64,000 nucleotides of DNA from a virus. Shown here one piece after another: positions 40,248-49,193 of the stretch. The notes under the pieces are model-generated. The model saw nothing but the letters and a program-made list of their open reading frames with translations. It had not been told where the DNA came from and searched no databases. The stretch's first letter is position 1, and every line of letters begins with the position of its first letter. The stretch spans positions 6,851 through 70,850 of IMG/VR virus record IMGVR_UViG_3300047459_000157, one strand, 5' to 3'. The translations under genes were made by a program, and so were the position numbers.

Positions 40248-40931
40248 ATGGCATACTCTCAAAAAAATAATCCATTTCAAAAGACAAGCTGCGGTCGTAG
40301 AAGAAACTACATGACTGTTGGTAATAGTAGTCCTGTCAAAAAAAACAAAAGCAAGTTATCTAAAGAGGTTATTCAAAACTATGAAGATATAAATATAAGT
40401 GAAGATGTTTTAAATGCTTTAGGTACTACACCTTCTGATACTGTAACAGTAAGATCTAGTAGACATAGAGGTATGGATCCTCGTGTAAATGCAGCTATGT
40501 CGTTATCTGGTAAAAACTCAGGTAAAACCCAAACTGGGTATTTGATGGGTGAGGAGTTAAGCACTAGAGGTGAGCAAGGTGGTAAAAAAGAAAAGATAGT
40601 ATATGCAGGAGCTGACCGAACGTATACAAAAGATAACAAAGAAGAATTAGCTGGCTCTGTTGCACAGAAAAGAAAAAGAAAACCTGATGTAAGAAAAACT
40701 ACTAAAGGTAAAGGTCGTAACTTCCGCACAACAAAAGAAGGCGCAGGTATGACATCTAAAGGTGTAAAAGCTTATAGAGCTAAAAATCCTGGTAGTAAAT
40801 TAAAAACAGCTGTAACAGGTAAAGTTAAAAAAGGTAGCAAGGCTGCTAAAAGAAGAAAATCATTCTGCGCTAGATCAAAAGGTTGGACTGGACCAAGAGG
40901 TAAAGCCGCTAGACGTAGATGGAAATGTTAA
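40248..40931 (+). CDS. Basic protein with C-terminal RRKSFCAR...RRWKC domain
   Basis: 227 aa with a highly basic C-terminal domain. Confidence 0.55.
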   Translation: MAYSQKNNPFQKTSCGRRRNYMTVGNSSPVKKNKSKLSKEVIQNYEDINISEDVLNALGTTPSDTVTVRSSRHRGMDPRVNAAMSLSGKNSGKTQTGYLMGEELSTRGEQGGKKEKIVYAGADRTYTKDNKEELAGSVAQKRKRKPDVRKTTKGKGRNFRTTKEGAGMTSKGVKAYRAKNPGSKLKTAVTGKVKKGSKAAKRRKSFCARSKGWTGPRGKAARRRWKC

Positions 40932-40934
40932 GAT

Positions 40935-41150
40935 ATGTGGAAATTATTTCAAGATAAAAACGAAATTAACGAGAAGAATATAATAGGATTTGCATCCTTT
41001 ATAGTAATGGTATTATTTGCTGTAGCTGACTTGATGACAAGCTTGATAGCAGATAAAGATCTTATTATAAATGAAGTAGTTTATAACTCATTTGTATGGG
41101 TTACATTAGGCTGCTTCGGTATATCTGCTGTTGAAAAAATTAAGAAGTGA
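40935..41150 (+). CDS. Holin-like membrane protein
   Basis: 71 aa, two TM helices, basic C-terminus, near the endolysin. Confidence 0.5.
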   Translation: MWKLFQDKNEINEKNIIGFASFIVMVLFAVADLMTSLIADKDLIINEVVYNSFVWVTLGCFGISAVEKIKK

Positions 41151-41269
41151 AATTCTTTGATTTAAATAATAATGGTAAATATGATTGGTGGGAATATATA
41201 CTACCTATTATATTATTATTATGTGTTGAAGTTGTAGCTGAGGTTATAGCTAAATTTTTGATATCTTAG
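41147..41269 (+). CDS. Possible 40-aa membrane peptide
   Basis: GTG start overlapping the previous stop; DLNNNGKYD followed by a hydrophobic helix. Confidence 0.35.
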   Translation: MKFFDLNNNGKYDWWEYILPIILLLCVEVVAEVIAKFLIS

Positions 41270-42038
41270 TCTTTTTAGGTATAGACGATATAATCTTTTC
41301 ACCTTTCATCCAACCGTTGTATTTCACAACACCTTCCTCAAGATCACTTAATATATACCAATGTAACAGCTTATTCTTTTCTAGCTGCTTAACATATTTC
41401 TGTTCCATTTTAGAATCGTGAGCTGGTCTTTTTAAAACATATACTGGTAAATGCCAGCTATGAGGTTTGCAACCACTTTCAATTCCTTTTTTGTCTCTTG
41501 GTTTTATGTTAGTTTGTTTAGCAAAAAAATCAAAACCTATTAAGTGTATATCTTTATACACTTTTATTTTTTCTATAAACCATATAAGACTTATAAAACC
41601 TGCACTAGGTCTATACTCACTAGTATCGATCATATCTTTATTAAACCTATTCTTCATAAGATCTATAATCTCTTGATCTGAATACATAAACTCATAAGGC
41701 ATGTTCTTAGGTAAATGTTCTTCTAACTTCCACTCTTTTAATATAAAATTACCTCTACATCTATTAACTAAGATCTTAGTATTTTTATACTTACCTGTTT
41801 CAAAGTTTTTTCTATTCTTGTGCCATTCAGGAGCTCTAAACTGACCTGTTATCCATATGTCACATTTACTACCTAACTGTTTTTGTTGTGTTTCGTTGGC
41901 TGATATAGCTCTACCAAACCTAACAACAATATCAAAGCCGTCAATAAACTCAGCAAGATTATGTTCCATCATCTCAACTGAGTTACCAACGAATAACACT
42001 GATTTATCTTTTACAAACTCTTGTATACTGTCCACCAT
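41250..42038 (-). CDS. GT29 (sialyltransferase-like) glycosyltransferase
   Basis: Sialylmotif L-like VGNS...IDGFDIVVRF...GSK, S-like PSAGF...LIGFDFF, and VS-like H....EQ. Confidence 0.75.
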   Translation of the reverse strand: MVDSIQEFVKDKSVLFVGNSVEMMEHNLAEFIDGFDIVVRFGRAISANETQQKQLGSKCDIWITGQFRAPEWHKNRKNFETGKYKNTKILVNRCRGNFILKEWKLEEHLPKNMPYEFMYSDQEIIDLMKNRFNKDMIDTSEYRPSAGFISLIWFIEKIKVYKDIHLIGFDFFAKQTNIKPRDKKGIESGCKPHSWHLPVYVLKRPAHDSKMEQKYVKQLEKNKLLHWYILSDLEEGVVKYNGWMKGEKIISSIPKKTKISKI

Positions 42039-42652
42039 GCTAATGATTTTTCTGCTCCTTTAAATTTATCAAACCAAGGTCCACCGTTAGTATAATGTAA
42101 TGCTTTAGCATTGTTACACTCGTAATGACCTACTAAACAATTATATTCTTTAGGTATATCACCTATGCTCTCTGCCCACCTTAATTCATGTAGCTCTGAT
42201 GGTTTTGCTTTGTCTAAATATTCTTTTGTTAAATGTTTTAATTTAGAACAATTAAAAATAACTAAGCTCGACCAGTTTTTTCTTGGATAAGACTTGTTTT
42301 CTATACCGTCCATTTTAGTTCCAGTGACACTATAGTACTCATGCTTTACTACAGCTATATCGTTATCACCTAAGTAACTTACTAACTCCATAGGATCACA
42401 TTGCCACAAAAAGTCGTTATCACAAAACATTGCTATACCGTCATATCCACATAGCAAAGGCACATAAAACCTGGTAAACGAAAACTCTGTTGATTCACCA
42501 GCTACATCTTCTCTACCGTATACATCTGTATGTTTTAATTTAGCTTTGTCTAAGTAGTATATCTTTAACTGTTTATTAAAGTCTAACATAGATTTTCTAC
42601 AAACTTGAGTTGCTTGTGGAAACTTACTATCGTGCCCTATAAATATTCTCAT
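42011..42652 (-). CDS. GT-A fold nucleotide-sugar transferase (GT8/CDI-like)
   Basis: STEFSFTRF, FCDND (DxD), RKNWSS and HYTNGGPW motifs. Confidence 0.8.
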   Translation of the reverse strand: MRIFIGHDSKFPQATQVCRKSMLDFNKQLKIYYLDKAKLKHTDVYGREDVAGESTEFSFTRFYVPLLCGYDGIAMFCDNDFLWQCDPMELVSYLGDNDIAVVKHEYYSVTGTKMDGIENKSYPRKNWSSLVIFNCSKLKHLTKEYLDKAKPSELHELRWAESIGDIPKEYNCLVGHYECNNAKALHYTNGGPWFDKFKGAEKSLAWWTVYKSL

Positions 42653-43413
42653 AATTGTTTTAGTATTTCTTCAAATTTATCTAAACGTACCATATTAGAT
42701 CCGTCACTCCAAGCAGCACTAGGATTTTCGTGTACTTCAAAAAAGTAGCCATCAACGTTTAATGCTTTAGCAACTTTAGCTATAGGTAAAGTATATTTAG
42801 GTTGACCAGCTGTTGTATTACCTGAGTTAGGTCTTTGTGTAGAGTGAGTGCAATCCATTATAACTGGTACACCTAGATCTTTCATATCAACTATTTGTCT
42901 AGGATCTACAACAAGATCACCCATACCAAACATACTACCTCTTTCAGTTAACATAACTTTATTGTTACCTGTACTCTTAACTTTATCAATAGCGTGTATC
43001 ATACTACGACCATCTACAAATTGTCCTTTCTTAATATTAATAGTTTTAAAAGTATTACCTGCGGCAACTAATAAATCAGTTTGCCTACATAGATAAGCTG
43101 GTATTTGTATAATGTCTACAACATTGGCTAACTCTTCTGCTTGCCAAGGTTCATGTATGTCAGTTGTAATTTTACAACCTTGTAACTCTTTTAATTCAGC
43201 AAATATATCTATAGCTTTATCTATACCAATACCTCGTTTAGAGTTTACAGATGTTCTGTTTGCTTTATCAAAAGATCCTTTAAAATAATAATCAAATCCA
43301 TACTTTTCTGCTAGTTGACTACACTTGTCAGCTATCTCATGTGCTTGTATTCTACCTTCGATACTACAGCTTCCAGCTATTAATATCGGCTTCTGTGTTG
43401 ATTTCAATTCCAT
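42649..43413 (-). CDS. kdsA: Kdo-8-phosphate synthase
   Basis: IAGSCSIE, KGSFDKANRTS, TDIHE, QIPAYLCRQTDL, KKGQF, ERG, DCTHSTQ and SDG are all KdsA signatures. Likely start MELKST. Confidence 0.92.
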   Translation of the reverse strand: MELKSTQKPILIAGSCSIEGRIQAHEIADKCSQLAEKYGFDYYFKGSFDKANRTSVNSKRGIGIDKAIDIFAELKELQGCKITTDIHEPWQAEELANVVDIIQIPAYLCRQTDLLVAAGNTFKTINIKKGQFVDGRSMIHAIDKVKSTGNNKVMLTERGSMFGMGDLVVDPRQIVDMKDLGVPVIMDCTHSTQRPNSGNTTAGQPKYTLPIAKVAKALNVDGYFFEVHENPSAAWSDGSNMVRLDKFEEILKQL

Positions 43414-44020
43414 TATATTTAGTTTCAATTACTTCTATATCGTAGTTTGCTAGTATTCTATTTTGCTCTAAGCTCTCTTGTTTATATTTATCTTCCATAG
43501 TTCTATATGTTTTCAATAAATAAGGGTGATAACCATATATACCTAAATGCCTATCACCATAACCTATATCGGATCTCGTAAACCACATTGCTTTACCTGA
43601 TTGATGTATAACTTTAACATCGTCAGCTTTAGCACCTTTAGTATAAGCTGTTAAACACAGTGGAGGTTCTGATGTACCTAATATTCTTTTCTTAATAGGT
43701 TTCATAGTCTCGTGGTTTATATCTATCATGTCTCCTTGTATGTTTAGTATATAATCATAACTACCTACTAAATCTAACACAGCACGTTTAGATAACCTAT
43801 GTGTACCATTTTCAGCTGGGCCTGTTTGTATACACCATTTAATTGGTATATGCTTTGCAATACGTTTACTATCTGTTGCAACAAACGTATCAAAACCCAT
43901 CATACGTACTTTGTCAAACACAATACGTATCAGAGGTTCATCTTCAAACTTCATCAACATCTTGTGTTTGATTCTAGTACTATTAAGTCTTGCTGGTATT
44001 ACTACAGCTATGTTTCTCAT
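43364..44020 (-). CDS. kdsB: CMP-Kdo synthetase
   Basis: IPARLNSTR, VATD, NGTHR, NIQGD, HLGIYGY and ESLEQNR match KdsB. Confidence 0.88.
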   Translation of the reverse strand: MRNIAVVIPARLNSTRIKHKMLMKFEDEPLIRIVFDKVRMMGFDTFVATDSKRIAKHIPIKWCIQTGPAENGTHRLSKRAVLDLVGSYDYILNIQGDMIDINHETMKPIKKRILGTSEPPLCLTAYTKGAKADDVKVIHQSGKAMWFTRSDIGYGDRHLGIYGYHPYLLKTYRTMEDKYKQESLEQNRILANYDIEVIETKYNGIEINTEADINSWKL

Positions 44021-44361
44021 ATCTTCTTACCTGCAGTTCTTCTGATTATATCATCGTGATTAAACTCAGCCCAATATAATTCAAAAGCTACACCATCTTC
44101 AATACCTTCAAACTGATGTATCTTACCAGGTTTAACCATAGTAAAATCACCTGCTTCAAGTATTGTTTCATCTAACAAGCCTTGATCTTCTTGCCAAACT
44201 CTGACAAGCATTTTGCCGGACTCAACAAAAAATCCGTTCCATTTAAATCTATGCTCGTGTTCAGAGCATTTAAATCCTTTATTAAATTCTATTCGGTGAA
44301 ACTCTAATACTCCATTTTTATGGACCATTTCTGTTTTACCCCATATTTTTCCTGCTTTCAT
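44017..44361 (-). CDS. Cupin protein (possible sugar isomerase/epimerase)
   Basis: KIWG, CSEHEH, FFVESG and PGKIHQF cupin motifs. Confidence 0.7.
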   Translation of the reverse strand: MKAGKIWGKTEMVHKNGVLEFHRIEFNKGFKCSEHEHRFKWNGFFVESGKMLVRVWQEDQGLLDETILEAGDFTMVKPGKIHQFEGIEDGVAFELYWAEFNHDDIIRRTAGKKI

Positions 44362-45137
44362 ATTTTTTTATTAAAGTAAGGTTTAGACCATCTAGCTTTG
44401 TTCATAAGTCTTACAGGTCTTTTCTTTTTTTGTTTAGGCATATCTGGTAACCAGTTATACCATTTATTTCTATTGTTTTCACTTAACGAACTTATATTAA
44501 ACTTATCTAACGCTTGATCTTTTTTATTAGCAAAATGAATACTAATAAGCATCCTAGCACCAGGTGCATCTACCTTATGCCACATACCTATTGGTATGTA
44601 AAGTAAATCACCTGCTTCCAGAGTTATCTCTTCTAGTATTTCTTTGTTATCAAAGTCTTTATATAAAGTCCATTTAACTCTACCCTCAGTGTGAAACAAA
44701 AAGTTTTCTGTACCATCTTTATGAGGTGGAAAACTCTTTGATCCTGCTTTCGGTGAAGCATATATGTTACATTGGCCATGAGAAAAATATCTTTCTAACT
44801 CAAAGCATATATCAACTAAAGGTTTATTCTCGTAGTCTGCAAAAGGTATAACAAAAGATTTACCTTTTTTCCACAAGTTATGTACCTCTTGTTTACTTAA
44901 CATAGGTTGTTTTAGTTTCTTGTGTTTATCTAAACACCATCTAGTATCTTCATCATCATAGTCTAGTATCTGTAAACTTCTAATGTGAGGGTACTTGTTT
45001 AAGTAAGTATCTAGTAATTTAAAATTAAATAAATTTTTAAATTTATTTCTTCTAATAACAAGATGTTTCTTTTTCCAATACTCTTTAAAAAAAGTACCTA
45101 CATCTATTGGATCTAGTATTTCATTTATTGTTACCAT
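44358..45137 (-). CDS. JmjC / 2OG-Fe(II) oxygenase (YcfD/ROXA-like)
   Basis: FFKEYW.KK.L, NIYASP, FPPHKD (HxD) and LEAGDLLYIP.GMWH. Confidence 0.85.
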   Translation of the reverse strand: MVTINEILDPIDVGTFFKEYWKKKHLVIRRNKFKNLFNFKLLDTYLNKYPHIRSLQILDYDDEDTRWCLDKHKKLKQPMLSKQEVHNLWKKGKSFVIPFADYENKPLVDICFELERYFSHGQCNIYASPKAGSKSFPPHKDGTENFLFHTEGRVKWTLYKDFDNKEILEEITLEAGDLLYIPIGMWHKVDAPGARMLISIHFANKKDQALDKFNISSLSENNRNKWYNWLPDMPKQKKKRPVRLMNKARWSKPYFNKKI

Positions 45138-45279
45138 AGGGAAACCATTTATTTAATAATTCTTTTCTTCTTTCACAACCACAAGGTATATTATACTTTC
45201 TTGATAAAGTCATTATCAACCAGTGTATACCTGTAGCTTTAGTAAACCTTTCAAATGTATCGCCAAAACCTTTATCCAT
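45121..45279 (-). CDS. Small 52-aa protein with CGC motif (not in ORF track)
   Basis: MDKGFGDTFERFTKATGI...PCGCERRKELLN; overlaps both neighbours. Confidence 0.6.
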   Translation of the reverse strand: MDKGFGDTFERFTKATGIHWLIMTLSRKYNIPCGCERRKELLNKWFPYGNNK

Positions 45280-46993
45280 CACAACTTAAACAGTTAGGGT
45301 CCATAGCTTGAGAAGCAATATCACCTCTCAATACAGATTCAGTTCTCATATAGTATAAAGTTTTTATACCTTTTTTCCATGCTTCTAAATGTACTTTATT
45401 AATCCATTTAGGATCAGCTTGAGATGGAAAAGCTAGATTTAAACTAACAGCTTGATCTATATATTGCTGTCTGATACCAGCTTGATTAACCAACTCTAGT
45501 TGGTTTATCTCTTTAAAAGTTTTGTAAACTTCTTTTATAGGTACGTTGTGTTCTCCTAAAGTAACGTTCTCTAATTGTTTGATACCTTGAATAGAACCTC
45601 CGTCTCGTAGTATTTGATCCCATATTTTTTCAGTGTTTAATTTATGCTTTTCTAATTCTTTAACTAAAGTTGGATTTTTGCGGATGAAAGTTCCTTTTGC
45701 ACTTTGGTCTGTAAAGACGTTCGCCGCCCAAGGTTCGATACCCGGTGAAATATTACCAGCAAGCTTGCTGTTGCTAACAGTAGGAGCAATAGCACGTAAA
45801 TGAGTATTGCGGAAACCAGTTCCAACACACCATAAAGGCTCTCCAAACTCCTCTGCAAGAGCATAACTAGCTCTTTCACTTTCAATTTTAATTTGTGAAA
45901 ATATTCTTCTTGTTTCATATTGTGCTAATAATCCTTCAAAAGGAAATCCTTTTTGCTGTAGATATGTATGCCAACCTAAAACACCTAATCCAAGTGCTCT
46001 ACCTTTTTCTGCAGATCTAACAGCGTTTTCAAATCCTCTTCTGTTTTTTGCTTTTTGTATAAATTCCTCTAATACACCGTCTAAAAACCATATGCTATCA
46101 TATATTAAATTAGAGTCTTTCCATTCATGGTATTTAGCTAGGTTCAAACTAGATAAACAACAAACAAAGCTATGGTTTTCATCCGTGTGTAATACTATCT
46201 CTGAACAAATATTTGTCATAAATACTTTCAGAGCATTATCCTTGTATGCAGAAGGGTTGTTCTTATTTACATTACCCTTGTACATTATATAAGGCTCACC
46301 AGTTGCTTTACGTTTCTGTAGTAATTTACTCCATTTACGTCTTGCAACTTTATCACCGTCTCTAAGTTTACGCATAAACTTATCTCCGATTATAGTACAT
46401 TGATGTAGGTTTAATGATTGTCTATTAACATCACCCTTAGGTTCTCTTATCTCTAACCAGTCTTCCCAATCTTTGTGATCTATATTTAAATTTACTGATG
46501 CAGCTCCTCTACGTACAGCTCCTTGATTTGTAGCTAGTATTGTAGAATCATAAACTTTACAAAAAGGTACAACACCATCGGATGTACCGTTCATTGTAAT
46601 GTTTGCACCAGAAGGTCTGATCATGTTTAAGCCAACACCAACTCCACCACCGTGTTTAGCTAATAGCATCATCTCTAGGTTTTTTTGTCCTATGTCTAAT
46701 ATACTATCTGCAACATCAATACCGAAGCATGATATTGGTAAACCTCTTTCAGTACCAGTATTTGATAACACTGGAGAGGCTAGACATAACCAACCTTTCC
46801 ATATGTAATCAAAAAATATTTTAGCCATTTCTGGCTTGTTTAAACGTCTTGCTACAGTTGTAGCTACACGTTCATAAGCTTCTCTCGGTGTTTCTCCATT
46901 ATACAGATAACCACCAGCTATAGTTTTTTTATAAACTTCAGCGTCTGCCCACTCTGGGTAATCAACGCCTTTTTTCCATCTATTACTCCACAT
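45272..46993 (-). CDS. nrdA: Ribonucleotide reductase class I alpha subunit
   Basis: ISCF, GGGVG, TNICSEI, AIAPT, YIDQAVS, KTLYY and C-terminal CLSC; no evident ATP cone. Confidence 0.95.
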   Translation of the reverse strand: MWSNRWKKGVDYPEWADAEVYKKTIAGGYLYNGETPREAYERVATTVARRLNKPEMAKIFFDYIWKGWLCLASPVLSNTGTERGLPISCFGIDVADSILDIGQKNLEMMLLAKHGGGVGVGLNMIRPSGANITMNGTSDGVVPFCKVYDSTILATNQGAVRRGAASVNLNIDHKDWEDWLEIREPKGDVNRQSLNLHQCTIIGDKFMRKLRDGDKVARRKWSKLLQKRKATGEPYIMYKGNVNKNNPSAYKDNALKVFMTNICSEIVLHTDENHSFVCCLSSLNLAKYHEWKDSNLIYDSIWFLDGVLEEFIQKAKNRRGFENAVRSAEKGRALGLGVLGWHTYLQQKGFPFEGLLAQYETRRIFSQIKIESERASYALAEEFGEPLWCVGTGFRNTHLRAIAPTVSNSKLAGNISPGIEPWAANVFTDQSAKGTFIRKNPTLVKELEKHKLNTEKIWDQILRDGGSIQGIKQLENVTLGEHNVPIKEVYKTFKEINQLELVNQAGIRQQYIDQAVSLNLAFPSQADPKWINKVHLEAWKKGIKTLYYMRTESVLRGDIASQAMDPNCLSCDG

Positions 46994-47250
46994 TATATAT
47001 TTCTAATTAAATGATTTATCCATGCAACTAGCCCGTTAATATTTAACGCGACTAAGTTCCATTGTTTTCTCGCTGTAACTTGACATAACACACAGCAAAA
47101 GCCAGCTATGTATAAAGCAGGTTCCACAGTCCATTGTGCTGCCACTAAAAACCCAGCACCCATGTAACCTATTCTACTAGCTAACTTTTCCCAAGCTGTC
47201 TGTCTTTTGTTTTTTACTAAGTATTTTAATACTTTATATTTCCAACCCAT
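46993..47250 (-). CDS. Small membrane protein between the RNR subunits
   Basis: 85 aa with about three hydrophobic segments. Confidence 0.5.
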   Translation of the reverse strand: MGWKYKVLKYLVKNKRQTAWEKLASRIGYMGAGFLVAAQWTVEPALYIAGFCCVLCQVTARKQWNLVALNINGLVAWINHLIRNI

Positions 47251-48218
47251 TACCAGATGTCTTCGAAGTCTTCGCCTTCATTTGCTTTGCTGTAATCGGT
47301 CGGCCTAATAGCAAAAAAGTCAGTATGGGTATGACCACCAGTAAGATGATAAAACCAATCCAAGTTTTTCGCTGCTTCTTTATCGTACTTAAATTCTTTT
47401 GAGAGCTTTTTGTAACCAAGCTCAACAAGTTTTTCATTTAGTCTCTTTTTTATAAACTGTTTAAGATCGTAAGATTTCAACCCTTCAATATCCCCTGCCT
47501 CAAACATCTTATCTATGTATTTCATTTCAGCATCATGCATTACATGTGCTGCTTCTACTATGTGTGGTTGGCAAGTCTTTGCAAGAAAGTCTTTTTCTTC
47601 ACACATATGTCTAAATAATTGACAACCCATTTTACTATGTAATGATTCGTCTCTTACAGACCATTTCATTTGTTGTCCAACTCCTTTAAGTAAATTACGT
47701 AGCTGAAAGCTATAAAGTACTGCAAAAGCAGAGTATAAAGAAACTCCTTCTGCGAAAGCACTAAAAATAGCCAATGATCTACCAATTTCAACAGGGTCGG
47801 TGCCACTATATGAAACGAGATTATCAAAACGCTCAGCCGTAGCTGGCTCATGTAAAAACGCTTCAAAGTCTTCAAGTCCAAGTGTTTCATTTAAATAACT
47901 ATATGCTACAGCATGTATTGTCTCTTGACTTCCGAACATCATGGCCATCTGCTGTATTTCGTGTTTAGGAAACCATGATACTACTTTCTGTGTCCAGTAA
48001 TCACTTACTGCACATTCAGTCTGAGCAAAGCCTAGTAAGATATTTCCTACTAGGTTTTTCTCTGCGTCTGTTAACTTCTCGTTCCAGTCTTTTACATCAC
48101 CCGACATAGGGATCTCTGTATGTAACCAAAATGCTTGAGCTTGTTTCAACCAACCCTCAGTATAATACTCAGGGTACTCAAAAGGTTTATATGCTACTCT
48201 ATTATCAAATAATCCCAT
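47250..48218 (-). CDS. nrdB: Ribonucleotide reductase class I beta subunit
   Basis: FW..EI, ETIHAVAYS, EGVSLYSAF and RDESLH di-metal ligands. Confidence 0.95.
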   Translation of the reverse strand: MGLFDNRVAYKPFEYPEYYTEGWLKQAQAFWLHTEIPMSGDVKDWNEKLTDAEKNLVGNILLGFAQTECAVSDYWTQKVVSWFPKHEIQQMAMMFGSQETIHAVAYSYLNETLGLEDFEAFLHEPATAERFDNLVSYSGTDPVEIGRSLAIFSAFAEGVSLYSAFAVLYSFQLRNLLKGVGQQMKWSVRDESLHSKMGCQLFRHMCEEKDFLAKTCQPHIVEAAHVMHDAEMKYIDKMFEAGDIEGLKSYDLKQFIKKRLNEKLVELGYKKLSKEFKYDKEAAKNLDWFYHLTGGHTHTDFFAIRPTDYSKANEGEDFEDIW

Positions 48219-48221
48219 ATC

Positions 48222-48361
48222 TTAATATTGTAAAGTTAAACAGACATCGAATATAAATACGTAAAACACGTGATCTATCTTGTTGTTTTCTGCGTCTGGA
48301 TAATTTCTATACCCAAACAATAGGCCTTCAAAAAGACCAAAACTTAATTCCCATTTTTTCA
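48222..48361 (-). CDS. Small hypothetical protein
   Basis: 3' part of the ORF-track 74-aa frame; likely start MKKWELSFG (approximate). Confidence 0.4.
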
Positions 48362-48493
48362 TATTATCTTCCTTGTCCGCGGTAAGGAGTACCTGAGTAA
48401 TACTTACCTGATTTTTGTTTAGTGTTTCTATTTTTACTGTGTACACCTGGTCTTTTCTTCTTAGGTTTCCACGAGTAGTTTTGTAACGTTAAT

Positions 48494-48937
48494 TTAGCCA
48501 TGTTTTAATATTAATCTAACTGTTTCATCACATTCTTTTTGGTTTTGAGGCTTATACAATACAGAGTTTAAATTATGTTCTGCGTAATGCTTAAATAATT
48601 TCCATCTCATAGGAAAAGCCTCATTAGCTCTACCTTTAGTTTCTATTATAAAACCTTTACCAATAAAATCTGGTGTATATTTAATAGGTAATATCTTTTT
48701 ATTACCTCTATCCTTATACTCACCTTTTCCATTAGCACATCTTTCATAACAAGTAACGTTTAAATCAAAACCCTGAAAGATCGTATATGTACTACCTTCA
48801 TAAGCAGCATCAATACCTGCTTGTTTTAAAGCTTTATACATATACGCTTCTAGACCTGAGGCAAACTTAATCCCGTCGATACTAACTTTTTTACTAACGA
48901 CAGGACCTCGTTTCCTTTTATAATTCTTTTTCCTCAT
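48494..48937 (-). CDS. T7 endonuclease I-like Holliday junction resolvase
   Basis: FASGLE...YE...KYTPDF...IIETKG, a PD-(D/E)XK pattern. Confidence 0.8.
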   Translation of the reverse strand: MRKKNYKRKRGPVVSKKVSIDGIKFASGLEAYMYKALKQAGIDAAYEGSTYTIFQGFDLNVTCYERCANGKGEYKDRGNKKILPIKYTPDFIGKGFIIETKGRANEAFPMRWKLFKHYAEHNLNSVLYKPQNQKECDETVRLILKHG

Positions 48938-49193
48938 GTACTTTCATTTGTTTAAGCATTGATTCTTCTATCTCGTCTTGCAAACATCTTTTTGCAGCTT
49001 CGATATATAATAACGCATCCATTATTTCTTCTTGTACATCAGTTAAAAACATATGCAGATCTTTCTCGCCTGTTTGTATCTCGTTATACATTGTTGAGCC
49101 GTATTTCTTTTGGCCAACTAAGCTACGATCGTCCATCTTCCTTAGTACAGCTTGTACTATCTTGTCTTTGGTTTTAATCTGCATCTTTAACAA
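48918..49193 (-). CDS. MazG-like all-alpha nucleotide pyrophosphohydrolase-type small protein
   Basis: R..VGQKKYG...QEEIMDALLY motif. Confidence 0.55.
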   Translation of the reverse strand: MLKMQIKTKDKIVQAVLRKMDDRSLVGQKKYGSTMYNEIQTGEKDLHMFLTDVQEEIMDALLYIEAAKRCLQDEIEESMLKQMKVHEEKEL

